A stretch of 63,385 nucleotides of DNA, counting the filler, from Lenisia limosa (taxonomy: Eukaryota; Protista; Breviatea): assembly GCA_001655205.1 (NCBI GenBank). It is 14 parts of 14 records of this genome, joined end to end, with 100 filler letters (N's around TTAATTAATTAA, not from the genome) between each part and the next. Parts side by side here need not be neighbours in the genome. Positions count along the whole stretch, not along the records: positions 38,433 to 42,811 come from LPNZ01006192.1; positions 42,912 to 44,752 come from LPNZ01006544.1; positions 44,853 to 46,559 come from LPNZ01007016.1; positions 46,660 to 52,530 come from LPNZ01006054.1; 10 more parts are not named here. The stretch is one strand, 5' to 3'. A model generated the notes under the pieces. The model was not told the DNA's origin. It did not search any database and worked only from the letters and a program-made list of their open reading frames with translations. A program made the position numbers and the translations under genes. Shown here piece after piece: positions 38,433 to 51,285 of this stretch. Position 1 is the stretch's first letter, and every line of letters begins with the position of its first letter.

Positions 38433-41400
38433 AGGAAAGTGACGGTAGTGAAGCCTCTAGAGGAAACGCTCATGACTTTCACTGTGCATGTCGGCGTCAA
38501 TCCCACTTCCAGGATCGAAGGTGTGCTTCTGCTATGTTGTTTTTTTGACGACGTTTTAAATTAAATTGTAATTGCAATTGCATACCATTATTGTGCAATA
38601 AGAAATAATAAGGTTGTATCTGGCCAAAGCCGGAAAATGATATTTCACATTATCTTGTACTGACCGCGGAAGTCCTGACATGACGACTGAAAGAGTGTGC
38701 ACTGAGTTGTAAAGCAAATGATTGGGTGAATTAATATTATATTATTATCCAATATCTCTTACAAGCATGATGGTGCGGACGGCTTCGGCCAGATCTATAC
38801 ATCTTTGTCGTTATTTCGACTCAAAAATCGGTCTATGCTCATATCACAAGTGGATATGATTTGCGCTATATACTGTTTGCAGCAAAGACTCTTTTGAAAC
38901 AGGAATATCTGACTTAGGGCTTCACTTCGGTTCAAAAAAAAGACGGACTTTCTCGATAAATCCTCGAAAATTATCGATATTTTCCCAGTATTTTTCGAAC
39001 AGGAGTGAAGCCCTAATCTGAATGTTCGTCATCCTTGACATTTGTAGATATGAACACCGCGATGACCTCCAAAAATCCCTTTGTAAGCGGAAGAGGGGGG
39101 GGGGGGGNNNNNNNNNNNNNNNNNNNNNNNNNNNNNNNNNNNNNNNNNNNNNNNNNNNNNNNNNNNNNNNNNNNNNNNNNNNNNNNNNNNNNNNNNNNNN
39201 NNNNNNNNNNNNNNNNNNNNNNNNNNNNNNNNNNNNNNNNNNNNNNNNNNNNNNNNNNNNNNNNNNNNNNNNNNNNNNNNNNNNNNNNNNNNNNNNNNNN
39301 NNNNNNNNNNNNNNNGTCTTCCTGGGAACCATCAGAGATGCAGCTCCTAATTCTGGCGCCTTTCCTCAAAAAAGCCCTTGATGATAGTGATCCAAACGTC
39401 AGAAACTCAGCACTTGCCTCTTTAGGTAAGTAGTACAGGTTTTTTTGAAAGGAAAACTTGCCTCTTTAGATAAGTAGTAAGTTTTTGCTAATAATTTTTA
39501 ATACTTTCTTTTTAAGGCATGTGTGTCAACAAAATGTCGGAAGCAAGTGAGGAAGTCTTCCTTTCAGAAGTGGTTTGTAGGGTAACTAATCAATTTTAGT
39601 TTTCTTTTTGTTTTGTTCTGAGTTGTTTTTGGGTTTCCTAAGCCATTTACCCCCCCCCCCATAAATTGTCCATGCTGAAGAAGCGACGGGCCTCGGCTTT
39701 GTTTTGTTGTTTTCAACCCTCGTGTGTTGTTAGCCAACAGAGTTGATTTTGGGCTTTTTTGTTTCATAAGTTTTCCGACTTTACTCCCCTCCCCCAGGCC
39801 GAACCGAAGCTCACACAAGTACTCAACGCCAAGGCTGGCAANNNNNNNNNNNNNNNNNNNNNNNNNNNNNNNNNNNNNNNNNNNNNNNNNNNNNNNNNNN
39901 NNNNNNNNNNNNNNNNNNNNNNNNNNNNNNNNNNNNNAAGCTTTTTTGTTTTTTTAGAAATTTCGATTTTTTTTTTTTCGAAATTGGTTTCATAACCCCC
40001 TCTCCCATTATCATTGTTCAGAAGCAAACCTCGCGCATCAACAACGGACCGGGCGGGGCTGCAAAAGCCCGAGTCGTAGCCAAGCCAAAAATGGTCAAGA
40101 AGGCAAGTGAACATTCTGAGTCGGAGGAACAACAACTATTTTCTGTTTTAAGATTTTTTGGCAATTAGGACATAATTTGATACAATTTGTAACCACTTTA
40201 ATCGTGAAAATTGTAGCTATTTTTTAATCAACTCAGGGAGCTAACCCCCGAACTTGGCGCTGCAACTATCTCAGAAATGTCAAGTCCTGCAGTGTGGGAA
40301 CAGCTGAAGAGCAACAACTGGCAAATCCGACTTGAGGGTGGGGGGGGTGCTGAAGGAAGGGGCTGTGGGTGTATTACAATTAGGGCTTCTCCACGGTCCA
40401 AAAAGTTCCAGTAAAAGTCATAAGTTCGAGGATTTATCGACACATTTTCTTCCCTTATGTTGTCTTTGCTCAATATTTCGGCTCGAAAATCGGTCATATG
40501 ACCAACATCCTCATAGCAAAAGTCGTGCGCTGCGAAAGCGACTGGCCTGAGCTTTGTTTGTTTTGTTGTTCTCAACCCTTGTGTGTTGATAAATTTTCCA
40601 TTTTTACCCCCCCCCCTCAGGCATGACAGCACTGGAGACGGCTCTGATGGACGACGACTCAGCGGTAACGTCAGCATCAGTCCTGCGGGCGGTGGAGGGA
40701 CTCAAGGCCAGGCCAGGCTTCAAGGAAGTCAACTTTCAGGTTTTTGGAAAGGTGGGGGGGGGGGGGNNNNNNNNNNNNNNNNNNNNNNNNNNNNNNNNNN
40801 NNNNNNNNNNNNNNNNNNNNNNNNNNNNNNNNNNNNNTTTGCTATGTCATGTACAGTCTGCATACATACACAAATATCGCCAAAATTATTTTCAATCTAA
40901 TCCTTCCTCCAGATTCTCTCCTCTCTGGAGTGTTTGATAGTTAGATGCTCCGCCGCCGGTGCTCAGCTGGTCCAAACCGTGGTCCCAATTCTGGCTGAAA
41001 AGTGGGGGGTGTTGGCTAACAGTATGGTGAAAACAGGAGAGTGGATTGAGTGTACAATGATGATTGGATGAATTAATATGTGAATACAATGTCTTTGTTT
41101 CATAAAATGTTTCATTGAAACGCTGGAGTGATGGGATACGGTGCTGCAGACGTTTTGTTGTTTTCAACTTTCGTGTGTTGCTAGCCAACAGAGTTGATGT
41201 TCAGCTTTTTTTGTTGTTTTTGTTGTTTAATAAATTGTGCAATTATACCCCCCCCCCCCGTTATCGCAGGGTTTTGGTTGCTCTTGTCAATTAATGCAAA
41301 AACAGAACTTTACCAATTTGGGCTTTTTTGTTTCATAATCTGTCCAATTTTACTCCCCTAGGATATCTGACGCGAAACTGAAGGCCCAAGCTACAAGCAC

Positions 41401-42371
41401 GTTCTTTGCCCTGGTCGAGTCTTCAACCCTCGCGACCGTACTACCCATTGTGTTCTCTGTGGGGGTGGTATTGTGTTCTTCGATTGTAGCAGGTATTACC
41501 AAAAAAAGCCGAAAGTGGGTAAGTGCAAGAACAAAATGCCTCTGTTGACTGACAATTACAACACATGAGGGTTGATAACAACATAACAACTAAATCGCTT
41601 CTGCAGCACCACATCCCATCGATCTTGTCTATCGTATCATATCATGATACTGGGGGAGGGGGCTATCAAATTTTCTACGTAATTTCCCTTGAAAAAATCG
41701 GTCAAAACTTATCCCAGTCTTTGTGTGAGTTGATTTAATCCTAACAGGAGATATATGAGTTGGTCTAATCCAAATAGGTCGCGCAGTCAAATAAAAACCC
41801 GAAGGTCTATGCCGAGCTTGTGAACTGGGTTTGGGGNNNNNNNNNNNNNNNNNNNNNNNNNNNNNNNNNNNNNNNNNNNNNNNNNNNNNNNNNNNNNNNN
41901 NNNNNNNNNNNNNNNNNNNNNNNNNNNNNNNNNNNNNNNNNNNNNNNNNGAAAAAGACCAGAAAAATATCGATAGTTTTCCAGGATTTATCGAGAAATTC
42001 AGTCTTTTTTGAACCGAAGTGAAGCCTTAGATGGGGGGAGGTATGCTGAATGTGCTAGTAACAACTTAGACAACCTCGGGAGTAATTTTGGGCCATAATC
42101 CCATCCAAAGGCATCCTTTCGCTATCACCATCATCATTATTCACTCACACACACTAAACTTCTGATTATCACCACTATTATTCACATACTACACTCTCAT
42201 CATACCCGGAGTTGAACTAAGGCTTTTTTTTTGTTTCATAACTTTTCCATATTCACCCCTCCCCTAGACCACCTCGGCTGTTGGTGACTTTGGGCCGAAA
42301 TCCTATCCCAAGGGCACTGTAGCATCCTTCGCTAAGTCCGCCATACAGCATAACGCTGCCCGTGAGAAGGG
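38433..42371 (+). CDS. CKAP5: Dis1/XMAP215 (ch-TOG) microtubule polymerase, TOG2-TOG3 fragment
   Basis: Exons encode DMNTAMTSKNPF, FLKKALDDSDPNVRNSALASLG, VWEQLKSNNWQIRLEG, RPGFKEVNFQ, VPILAEKISDAKLK and AVGDFG. These match the TOG hallmarks KNP, DSxPxVR, SxNWKER, PGWKExNFQV, DKIGDxK and EFG. Bounded by spacers on both sides. Confidence 0.9.
38915..39015 (+). mobile_element. hAT-type MITE copy in a CKAP5 intron
   Basis: TAGGG...CCCTA; flanks ATCTGACT / ATCTGAAT (7 of 8 identical). Confidence 0.9.
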
Positions 42372-43757
42372 GTATATAGAAGTATATACATACATGTAGT
42401 ACATATCAATGTAAATGAGTGTGTATTAGTCTACCACTTGTTATGTTATCGAGCTATATCCATATCTAGTTATATTGAAGAATTGCCAAGCAGGTTTAAT
42501 ATAATAGTAGCTATATGATATATTATTACGCTGGGTTATTCATGCATATAAATATGGCGCAAAATAGTTTGGAGGGGGGGGGGTTCTACCTAATCATTTC
42601 AAAAAAAGACTGAATTTCTCGATAAATCATCGAACACTATCGATAATTACCAGTATTTTTTGAACCGAATTGAAGCACTAGATATAATACATTGTGTGGA
42701 GGAATTGGAGTATTGGAAGTTTGAGAGGGGGTGGAGGGGGGCACAGAAAGCAGTGAAATGATTTGTTGTGTTGAATATTTACTATAATCGGCTTCGGCCA
42801 GATACAACCTTNNNNNNNNNNNNNNNNNNNNNNNNNNNNNNNNNNNNNNNNNNNNTTAATTAATTAANNNNNNNNNNNNNNNNNNNNNNNNNNNNNNNNN
42901 NNNNNNNNNNNAACTAGAACGGGAAGGTCGGCAACACCAGGGTTGGCTCGGTCGACTCGCAATGATACGGCCTGGTTGTGAGGGTGGGGGTAACATTTGA
43001 ATTTAGCAACAAAAAGCCCAAATCAACTTTGTTGGCTGACAACACACAAGGGATGATAACAACAAAACAAACAACGCCCGTTCATGAATCAAAAAAGAAG
43101 TCTGTGTAAGGTCTTAAAAATATAACATGGTATTAAGGGGAATTACTCATGTAAAGGGCTTCACTTCGGTTCAAAAAAGACCGGTACAATATCGAGGATT
43201 TATCAAGAAATTCAGTCTTTTTCGAACCGAAGTGAAAAAGATGTATGATCGCATGAATACTAAACATACGAGGGTTCACCCTATCCAATCCCCTCCCCCC
43301 CCCATCCAACCTTTCCTTCCGGTTTTGTCCACTTCAAGTAAAACTCATCAGAAAGAAACTCGAACGATCGTGGCGTGTGATGGTCGCTGCTGGTTTCGAC
43401 GTCTGAGACCAGTACAGCCTTGTGACTGCACTTCACTTCCGTCATCCCAAGATGTAAACTATGTCTTTCTTTTCGGCAATTTAAGAGGAAGAAAGATGAA
43501 GAAGAGGCCCAGAGAGAGGCCTTGGATTTGGAGAATGAAAGCTTATAAGCTGCGCCTGCGCCACCGTAAAACACTTTTGAACCACAATTTTAAAATTTCA
43601 GAGGTCTTTCGGAATATAAGTATAGGTACAACAGCTTATTAACTTTTCTAATCACTGATCTTTTGTTTTAATAAATGTGGTCTTGTGGAGGTGGATTTTA
43701 AGTTATTAACCCACTCTTTGCTCTTTCCAATAGTTTTAACAACCTTATATTATCAAA

Positions 43758-44752
43758 ATGGTACAAGTTATGCAGCCTAAGCTCCAGCTGGAGCAGGAAT
43801 ACGATTCCGATCTTCTCTTTTTTGTGAATGGCAAGAAGGTGAGACAATGGTCGTAATGTCGCTGTTCTTCTCGTATACCATCGTAGTACAGTTCCCAGGG
43901 GGTTAATTCCTCTCAATTTTGATTCTCTTATTATCTTTAGCACGTTGTTCGCGATGCTGACCCCGAAATGACTCTCCTGACCTACCTTCGCACTAAGGCC
44001 GGCCTTACTGGAGCCAAACTCGTCTGCGGCGAGGGAGGATGCGGTGCTTGTGCCGTTGTGCTGAGCCGCTTCAACCACCAGACCAAGAAAGTGGAGTTAG
44101 TGGGGGTGTTAGCGTGAATTATGGGCTAGGAGAAGGCCTCAGGCGCTTTCCCTGCGATGTATCATCTGAGTGCATCATTCAATCTTCTGGATCAAATCTT
44201 CTGCCTTTCCCTCTCTGGGCTGGATGGAGGAAAGTGTCCTGGATTTTGACAGAAATGAGTAGGAATTATATAGGGTGAAGCTCGGTTGTGAACAAAAACA
44301 AGATATGTCAAATATACAATCATCACATATCAATTGATATTTCTTACAAGTGTGAATCCAGTATCTCTTACAAGTGTGATGGTATGGATGACTTCGCTCA
44401 GATACTAGAAATCAAAATCTCTTATAAGCTTGTAACCACTGTTACTTTCATAAAATACACTGCAGCTTGACTTGTCTAAATATGGGGTAGACTTATGGAA
44501 AACGCCTGTGCGAAAATTGGCCTTTTTTATTTTCAGATGTGGGTGATTAAAGGGTTTTTTTGGAGGTTGGACGGTTTATTAATTTTGATGATGTGGACGG
44601 CTTCGGCCAGATAAACCCTTTTAAAATGTGATGGTGAAAGTTCCTTCGTTTTGCTCTTTGCTGTGTTTTGTTGTTCTCAACCCTTGTGTCCCCTTGAATA
44701 TCTTCCAGGATCCGAACTTGCAATGCATGCCTGCCCCCTCCCCCTTGTCTTG
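43758..44752 (+). CDS. XDH: Xanthine dehydrogenase / aldehyde oxidase N-terminal 2Fe-2S domain, 3'-truncated at a spacer
   Basis: Exons 43758-43838, 43941-44095 and 44709-gap give [53 protein letters not shown]...IRTCNACL, the classic XDH/AOX Fe-S motif. Confidence 0.93.
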
Positions 44753-45199
44753 NNNNNNNNNNNNNNNNNNNNNNNNNNNNNNNNNNNNNNNNNNNNTTAA
44801 TTAATTAANNNNNNNNNNNNNNNNNNNNNNNNNNNNNNNNNNNNNNNNNNNNCTTGGCCTTCACTCCGAAATACCGCGCCCACATATTCCTTCCCCCTTC
44901 CCCCAAGAAAGAAGATCGTGTTCATGTTACCTTAGAATGTGTTACAGAACGACATTGACTGCGATTATATTCCTTGTATCCCAAATGTATACAATAATAT
45001 CACATGCCCCATTTTTTTTTTCTCTTATTGCTTGCTATCTGAAGGGCTTTCATAAAGGCTGAATTTCTTTGTAAACTCTTGATAAATATCGTTATTTTAT
45101 CGGCTCACCTTATTCACCAAAACTCGTCATCGTAGTGTCTTCGTTTTACTTCCCCCTTCTCTACCTTCTTTAGGATTTCTGTATTCCTAATACCCCTAG

Positions 45200-46559
45200 G
45201 ATGGTGAAGAACGACATTGACTATGATTACGGCCGCCGTTGCTCCTTCGCCTCTTCCAGCGAGCTCCTGGTCGCCACTGAAATGGGCAAAGTGGGGCCCG
45301 GGGAGGAGGGTGTTGTTTGGAGTTTTGATTTTGTACCTTAAGCCAGTTTCATCGAAATTTCGTTTTACCCCCCCCCCCCNNNNNNNNNNNNNNNNNNNNN
45401 NNNNNNNNNNNNNNNNNNNNNNNNNNNNNNNNNNNNNNNNNNNNNNNNNNNNNNNNNNNNNNNNNNNNNNNNNNNNNNNNNNNNNNNNNNNNNNNNNNGG
45501 TTTTTTTGTTTAATCATTGTCCCCTCGCATTTCCATTTTCACCCTTTCCCCAGATGTTGATCTACTCTGTGGCTGTTGAAAAGGACAAATTGGCTGTGAC
45601 AGTCAAGACTTCCAAGCCTAATCTCCTACCTCTCGAGACCAATGTAAGCGTCCTCCTCTTTTCCAGTGTAAATCATTGGAGGAGTCATATAAATGATGAA
45701 TACAAAATAACAAAAATGAAAAAAAAAAGTGCGTAAATAGATCCTTCAGATAATCAATTTACCCCCTTACTACTACATACTCCCTCTTACACGTCCTTCT
45801 CATCTAAGGTCCTGCTGTTTTCACCTTCTCTTTTTTCCCCATTTTCACCCAATCCAGACCCTGAATGTTGAGTTTCGCACCAACGCTAAAGGCGCTTCTG
45901 TTATTATGGCGTGGGGGGGGGGGGNNNNNNNNNNNNNNNNNNNNNNNNNNNNNNNNNNNNNNNNNNNNNNNNNNNNNNNNNNNNNNNNNNNNNNNNNNNN
46001 NNNNNNNNNACTAAATTTCTTAATCAATCCTCGAAAAATATCGATATTTTATCGGTCTTTTTTGGACCGTAGGGAAGCCCAAGTTATTGCATAGCAGAAG
46101 GGGGTGGGTGTTAAATTGGCGTAATGTGATGGAGTAGACGGCTTCGGTCAGATACTCTCTATTATTATTTTGTCCACTGACCGCGATAAGTCCTGGCACT
46201 CTAAGCTTAATATGAATGTTCATCCAGGGAAATGACTTCCTCATTCTCCTCTTGGGGTTCGCTTGCATAATGTTAATTTAAAGGTCAACAACCCATTAAT
46301 AAGAGATATCAAATGACCAAAGATTGTAACTGTTGTCCGTGTTAGGACTTATTGGTCAGTGTACTTTTACACCGAATAATGTTTCATTTGTCTTTTTACT
46401 CCTCTCTCCTCCTCCTCAAAAACAGTATTTTTCTCTCCGCTTCCAATTTCACTCTCTCTCTCCAGAGTCAACGACAAGACTGAAATTCGCCTTATGAACG
46501 GGGGATTGGAGTCAGCCTGCAAAATCAACACTGCTGCAATTGCTAACAACTACGCTACC
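45200..46559 (+). CDS. TBL2: TBL2-like WD40 protein, internal fragment
   Basis: Exons give KNDIDYDYGRRCSFASSSELLVATEMGKMLIYSV...SVIMAVNDKTEIRLMNGGLESACKINTAAIANNYAT, aligning by eye with TBL2 segments RANVELDHATLVRF... and FIMTAS.DTT.LIW..KG..L..INTNQMNN..A. Confidence 0.7.
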
Positions 46560-49136
46560 NNNNNNNNNNNNNNNNNNNNNNNNNNNNNNNNNNNNNNNNN
46601 NNNTTAATTAATTAANNNNNNNNNNNNNNNNNNNNNNNNNNNNNNNNNNNNNNNNNNNNCCAAATAATGTGAGGGGGTGGAGAGTAAAATTGAAAAATCT
46701 ATGAAACAAAACTATAATAAGAAGACATGGGGGAATTAACTAGGGCTTGCTGAAATCCCAAAACAAAAAATACAAAATTCTCGATATATATCGATATTGT
46801 ACCTGTCTTTTTCGGACCGTAGGGAAGCCTAAGTGAAAGTATTCATTTTGGTAGGAGTTGATTTTGAAGTTTAACAAGAATTCTCTTATGTCCCATATTA
46901 ATTTCCGTCCTTCCCCCCCCCCCCNNNNNNNNNNNNNNNNNNNNNNNNNNNNNNNNNNNNNNNNNNNNNNNNNNNNNNNNNNNNNNNNNNNNNNNNNNNN
47001 NNNNNNNNNNNNNNNNNNNNNNNNNNNNNNNNNNNNNNNNNNNAAAAAGACTGTTTAAATATCGATGTTTATCGAGGGTTTATCAGGAGATTCGGTCTTT
47101 TTGGGGACCGAAGGGAAGTCCTAGTTCGGTCATCCGAACCTAACCGAAATGAAACACTATCCTCCAGCTGTTGGAATTACCGCTTTCGTTTTTTATTAAT
47201 TTATTAATTTTCTATTTTTTTTTTATTATTGTTTTTTTTTCATATTTGTCATTTTCCTTACCCCCGCAGCTATCAAGGCGCTCTCATGTCCCAGCGAAAG
47301 AGGTCAAGGTAGATTCACGGTGTAATATGGTGGAAGAATGTGAATGTAACGCGAAAGATTCCGAGGTAGATTCCTAGTGAAATGGGTGATGGGAATGTAA
47401 GACAGATTCAATATAATATGGTTTATTATGAATATGAATGTTACGTACGTTTCATTGTAGATTCCGAGATTGGGTGTAATATGGTGGAAGTGAATACCAG
47501 TCCCACCGCCACGTGTTTTTTATTATTCTCTACCCCACAACACCTTCATCTCTTCATCATCACTGCTAATTTCAAACTTGTTTTTATCCTTCTTATTTTC
47601 TTATCTGGCAACTTATTATGTTCTAAGAAATCAATTATTGGGTTTAACTCTTCATTCCTCTGCGTTTTTACTACAGATATGTCCACAACCGTTTTTATCT
47701 TCCTTCTTCTCCCTTTCCTTTCCTCCATCCCTATTATACAGATCCAAAAGCGGCCGGAAATAAAAAAAAACCACACTCACGGGGCATTGAACTGAGGTAG
47801 GTCCGGGAATGGAAGTGTCAACCAACTGGACTAGGAACAGACCAGAATCGGACTTAAGGATCCCGGAATTCCATTTCAAAACTCAGAACTCCGACTTCAG
47901 GATTTTGAAAGGGGTCTGGATTTTCTAAAAATAAGGATGTCTGTCACGTTGATCTTCCTAATATGGCAAAATAGGGTGTTTTTAAAAAAACAGGATGGTA
48001 ATTCACAAAATCGGCTCGGATTTTCTTTCAATTTTCTCTAAGATTGGCACAAATTGAACGTGATTAAAACCAAAACTTGGGGTCTTTCAAACTGATGTAA
48101 TGGAAGATGAACAAAAATGTAATTCGTTTCAAAGAAGGCGTCTGAGAAATTTTCACAGCATCCGTGACAATTTTCTGAATTACCACCCTGCTTTATAACA
48201 CTAAAAGAATTTCGAAAAAAAAATTCCCGTGAAAAAGCAAAAAGAACCCCCCCGGGTGACCAAATTCACGGATTTTTTCACCTTTGCTCAAAATTTTAAA
48301 AAACAAGTAGTGAAATATTTGCTATATGTGTGAGAACCTGCCCTCACTCATTTAGAAGGCAATGGATTCCTAACTATCCCAGTCTCCTCACCCCTAAGGA
48401 GTTTAGCCCTTCACTCTACTTATTATGTATTCCTTAATCCAGTCTATATACGACGTACACTAGCCTGAAAACTATTCACAACGGGTGGTTCCTTTGAGGC
48501 TGTGGTTGGCTTCTCCCTCTTGTTGAGCCCGCGGGGCCTGTTGACATATGGTCGAAATATATTTCTAAAATAACGCAAACATACAAAAAAGGGCTTACTT
48601 CAAGCTGTTCGGTGATTTTGAATGTTGTCCAAAGCTTTGAGGACCTCATATATTGTCAGTGGTCATGGATTTCTTTAAAAGATGGCCAGAAGCTTCGAAT
48701 CTGGTTAGGAAGAAGATGGAGGTGGTGTTGCAGCTTCTTGAGGCAACGCATAAGACCACAGCACCATATTATGCGAGGGGAATGAGTTGGTGGATCGTCA
48801 CCACATTCTTTGTTGGGCCCTCCCCCCATCACCCCCGGCAAGTGGAAGTTCCTGTTTGTTAAACAAAACACGGACTGGTACCCGTAACCTTATTGTTGGA
48901 ACATCTCTAGGCCCTAAGCATGCATCCAGATGACAATCCCACTCTCTTTCGTCTCTAATATAGCCAACAGCACTCAATATGATATCGTATCAAACATATT
49001 CACAATAAACATACATCTTCTACATGATATCATATATTTGTATACAATGATTATTATTGAATATTGAATATTGAAGGTAAATATGATAGTGTGTGGATGA
49101 CATAAAACGGTAACTACTGTAAAGATGCAAAATAAC

Positions 49137-51285
49137 CACAGTAAGTCCTGACACGTTCACTAAAGAAGATGAAGCTAAAATTCCTATTCTGAAAATGTCC
49201 TGAAAACGCGCCACATCAGGGGGAGGGGTCAGAGCATTTGTAGCAAGGCTTGGGGACGAGCGTTTGACCTGAGTTCATGGCAAAAACATGGGAAATGTCT
49301 TCTTCAGGCACTGGAGTTTCCTTTTTCTACAACATCAAGTAGGGCTTCACTTCAGTTCGAAAAAAGACCGGTAAATATTGATAGTTTTCTAGGATTGATC
49401 GAGAAATTCGGTCTTTTTTCGAAACGAAGTGAAGATGATTTTTGAAAGTCATGACTTTTGGACTTCTGAAAGGTTCTCTATTGTCACAATTTTTTAACTG
49501 TAGTGAATGCCATTGTGAATCGTGCTGGTGGAGGCTCAGGGTCAAGACCAAGAGGGATTGATCAAAACAAAGAGAAGTCTACAACTTAAAAAAGAGGAGT
49601 CAATATTGGTAGGGAGAAGGAGGAATTGGTCCTATAGTTGACTCAAAGTGGTGAGGGTCCGGAAGAATATATTAACAACAAATCCCAGCCCATCACTAAC
49701 ACTCTACATACAACCTACACCATACTTTCGCTCCGTCGCGTCTCTGTAATGTCAAATACTACAAAGAAAGCAGATTAATCAGGATAAAAGATATCAATTT
49801 ATGAGACACAGAAAGGACATTTTGAAGAGAATAATACGAGAAATATCAATACGCCGGACAATCTCATCTATTTGTTCTTGTACCCAGCTCAAACAATTGA
49901 TGCCACCAGGTCAACCCTCTAAAGAAGTCAACTGGTGCAAGAGGTGTAAGAGGTCCAGGGCCTGTGCTTGCCACAGAGGTGGTTATTAGTTCGTATGATT
50001 TTTGTTCTTCCAGTCAGGACTTGTAATGCAGAAGGACTCCATCTTAAAGGGTAGTTTTGATAAGAGTGTTCGTATCGGGGGCAAATGAGCTGGCGGCAAC
50101 AACATCAATCAATATTTCAACAGAATATTAATCTAAGATGCTACAATTCTACATTGTTAGTTCCAGAAATTATTCAGAAAATCCAAAAAAAAATAACCAT
50201 CCATCCATTGGGAGCTGAAGGGTACTTGTCCGTTCAATTTTTCCAAAACCGCAGCTTCTTTTGTTATGTTTTATTGAGGAAGAAGTACCACACATTGTGG
50301 ATACGGATTCCATCAGTGCTAGAAAATGAGAGGCTTATACTGAAGACTATCCGTGACAAGAGTCATATGCTTGATTTGCTCGGTAGCTGATTTCCCCACA
50401 ACTTCTTTTGTCTCTTTCAACAGGACAACCTTAAACTTGCCTCGGGTAACTTTAAGCATTGTTTCATCCAGTAAACAAAAATAAGTGAATCGATAGCCAA
50501 AACAGTTAAATATTAATAATTCATACCATTATGACAATATTGCTGACCATATTTGACAATGTGGACATAAACTTAAGTGTCTGAGTGATGGGCGGTTTGT
50601 CCTCCTGGCTTTAAGACATTTTGCCAACCCATATTTCACGAAGAATCAAATATTGTATTATTGCAGCGTTTATAATCGTCATTTTTTCAAGCTTTCATAA
50701 AGGGCCAAATACAACAAACTTACATTCAAAAGAGAAATAGTGTCCAATATTCAGAGCGTAGAGAATTTTTGGTTTATCACGTGTATGTTAGGTTGGACAA
50801 GTATGGCCTGGTATGAAATTTGGTAGTACGTCAATGGCGAAACATCAACGGCCAACGGGTCAACACGCAGACTTTCCATTACTAACATAGTTTGTGGTCG
50901 GTCTGGTCTTTGGACATCGTTACGAAGTAGGGACTCCGAGCCCAAAAGCGTGTCAAACAAGAGGATATTTGGGGTCAATAGTGGTTGTAATTATGCAGCT
51001 GCTGCAGAATCCCGTGAAGCAACACAACATATCTACTTGCGATTCCCTTATTGGAAATCCCATAATTTTGTGAATTTCCATATTAATTACATGGGATTCC
51101 CATTTTTTACTGAAATTCCAACTTATTCAAAAGAACCCCAAGTTGCGCCATGTACATTTCCTCTCCAATTTTTGTTTTTACAGTCATTGAAAAGCGTGCG
51201 CAGCAACTCGTCGTTTTACCTTTGTCCCTCCTGCCAAGGTATCCCTGTTCTATTGGTTGAAGAAGACGGTGAACAAAGAAGCTGT
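49137..51285 (-). CDS. Probable multi-exon gene, product unknown
   Basis: Minus-strand exon-like blocks with GT donors: FFVHRLLQPIEQGYLGRRDK (~51285-51222), LKVTRGKFKVVLLKETKEVVGK (~50460-50342), TDGIRIHNVW, ETPVPEEDISHVFAMNS, GHFQNRNFSFIFFSERVRTYC. The full model is unresolved. Confidence 0.4.

Noticed and set aside
38915-39015. tRNA-derived SINE (GGTTCRA resembles a Pol III B box)
   Set aside because: No A box or cloverleaf and no poly-A tail; the motif is part of a TIR mirrored at the other end.
40103-40108. GC-AG intron donor (AAG|GCAAGT) in CKAP5
   Set aside because: Good consensus, but it does not join in frame to the obvious acceptor at 40236, and alternative GT donors exist; unresolved without RNA-seq.
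43127-43642. 171-aa ORF as a possible transposase
   Set aside because: Its N-terminal part is translated MITE sequence and the rest has no DDE or hAT motif; probably a chance or antisense frame.
48653-48871. Overlapping 69-71-aa ORFs on both strands
   Set aside because: GC-richer and possibly exonic, but no frame, strand or family could be supported.
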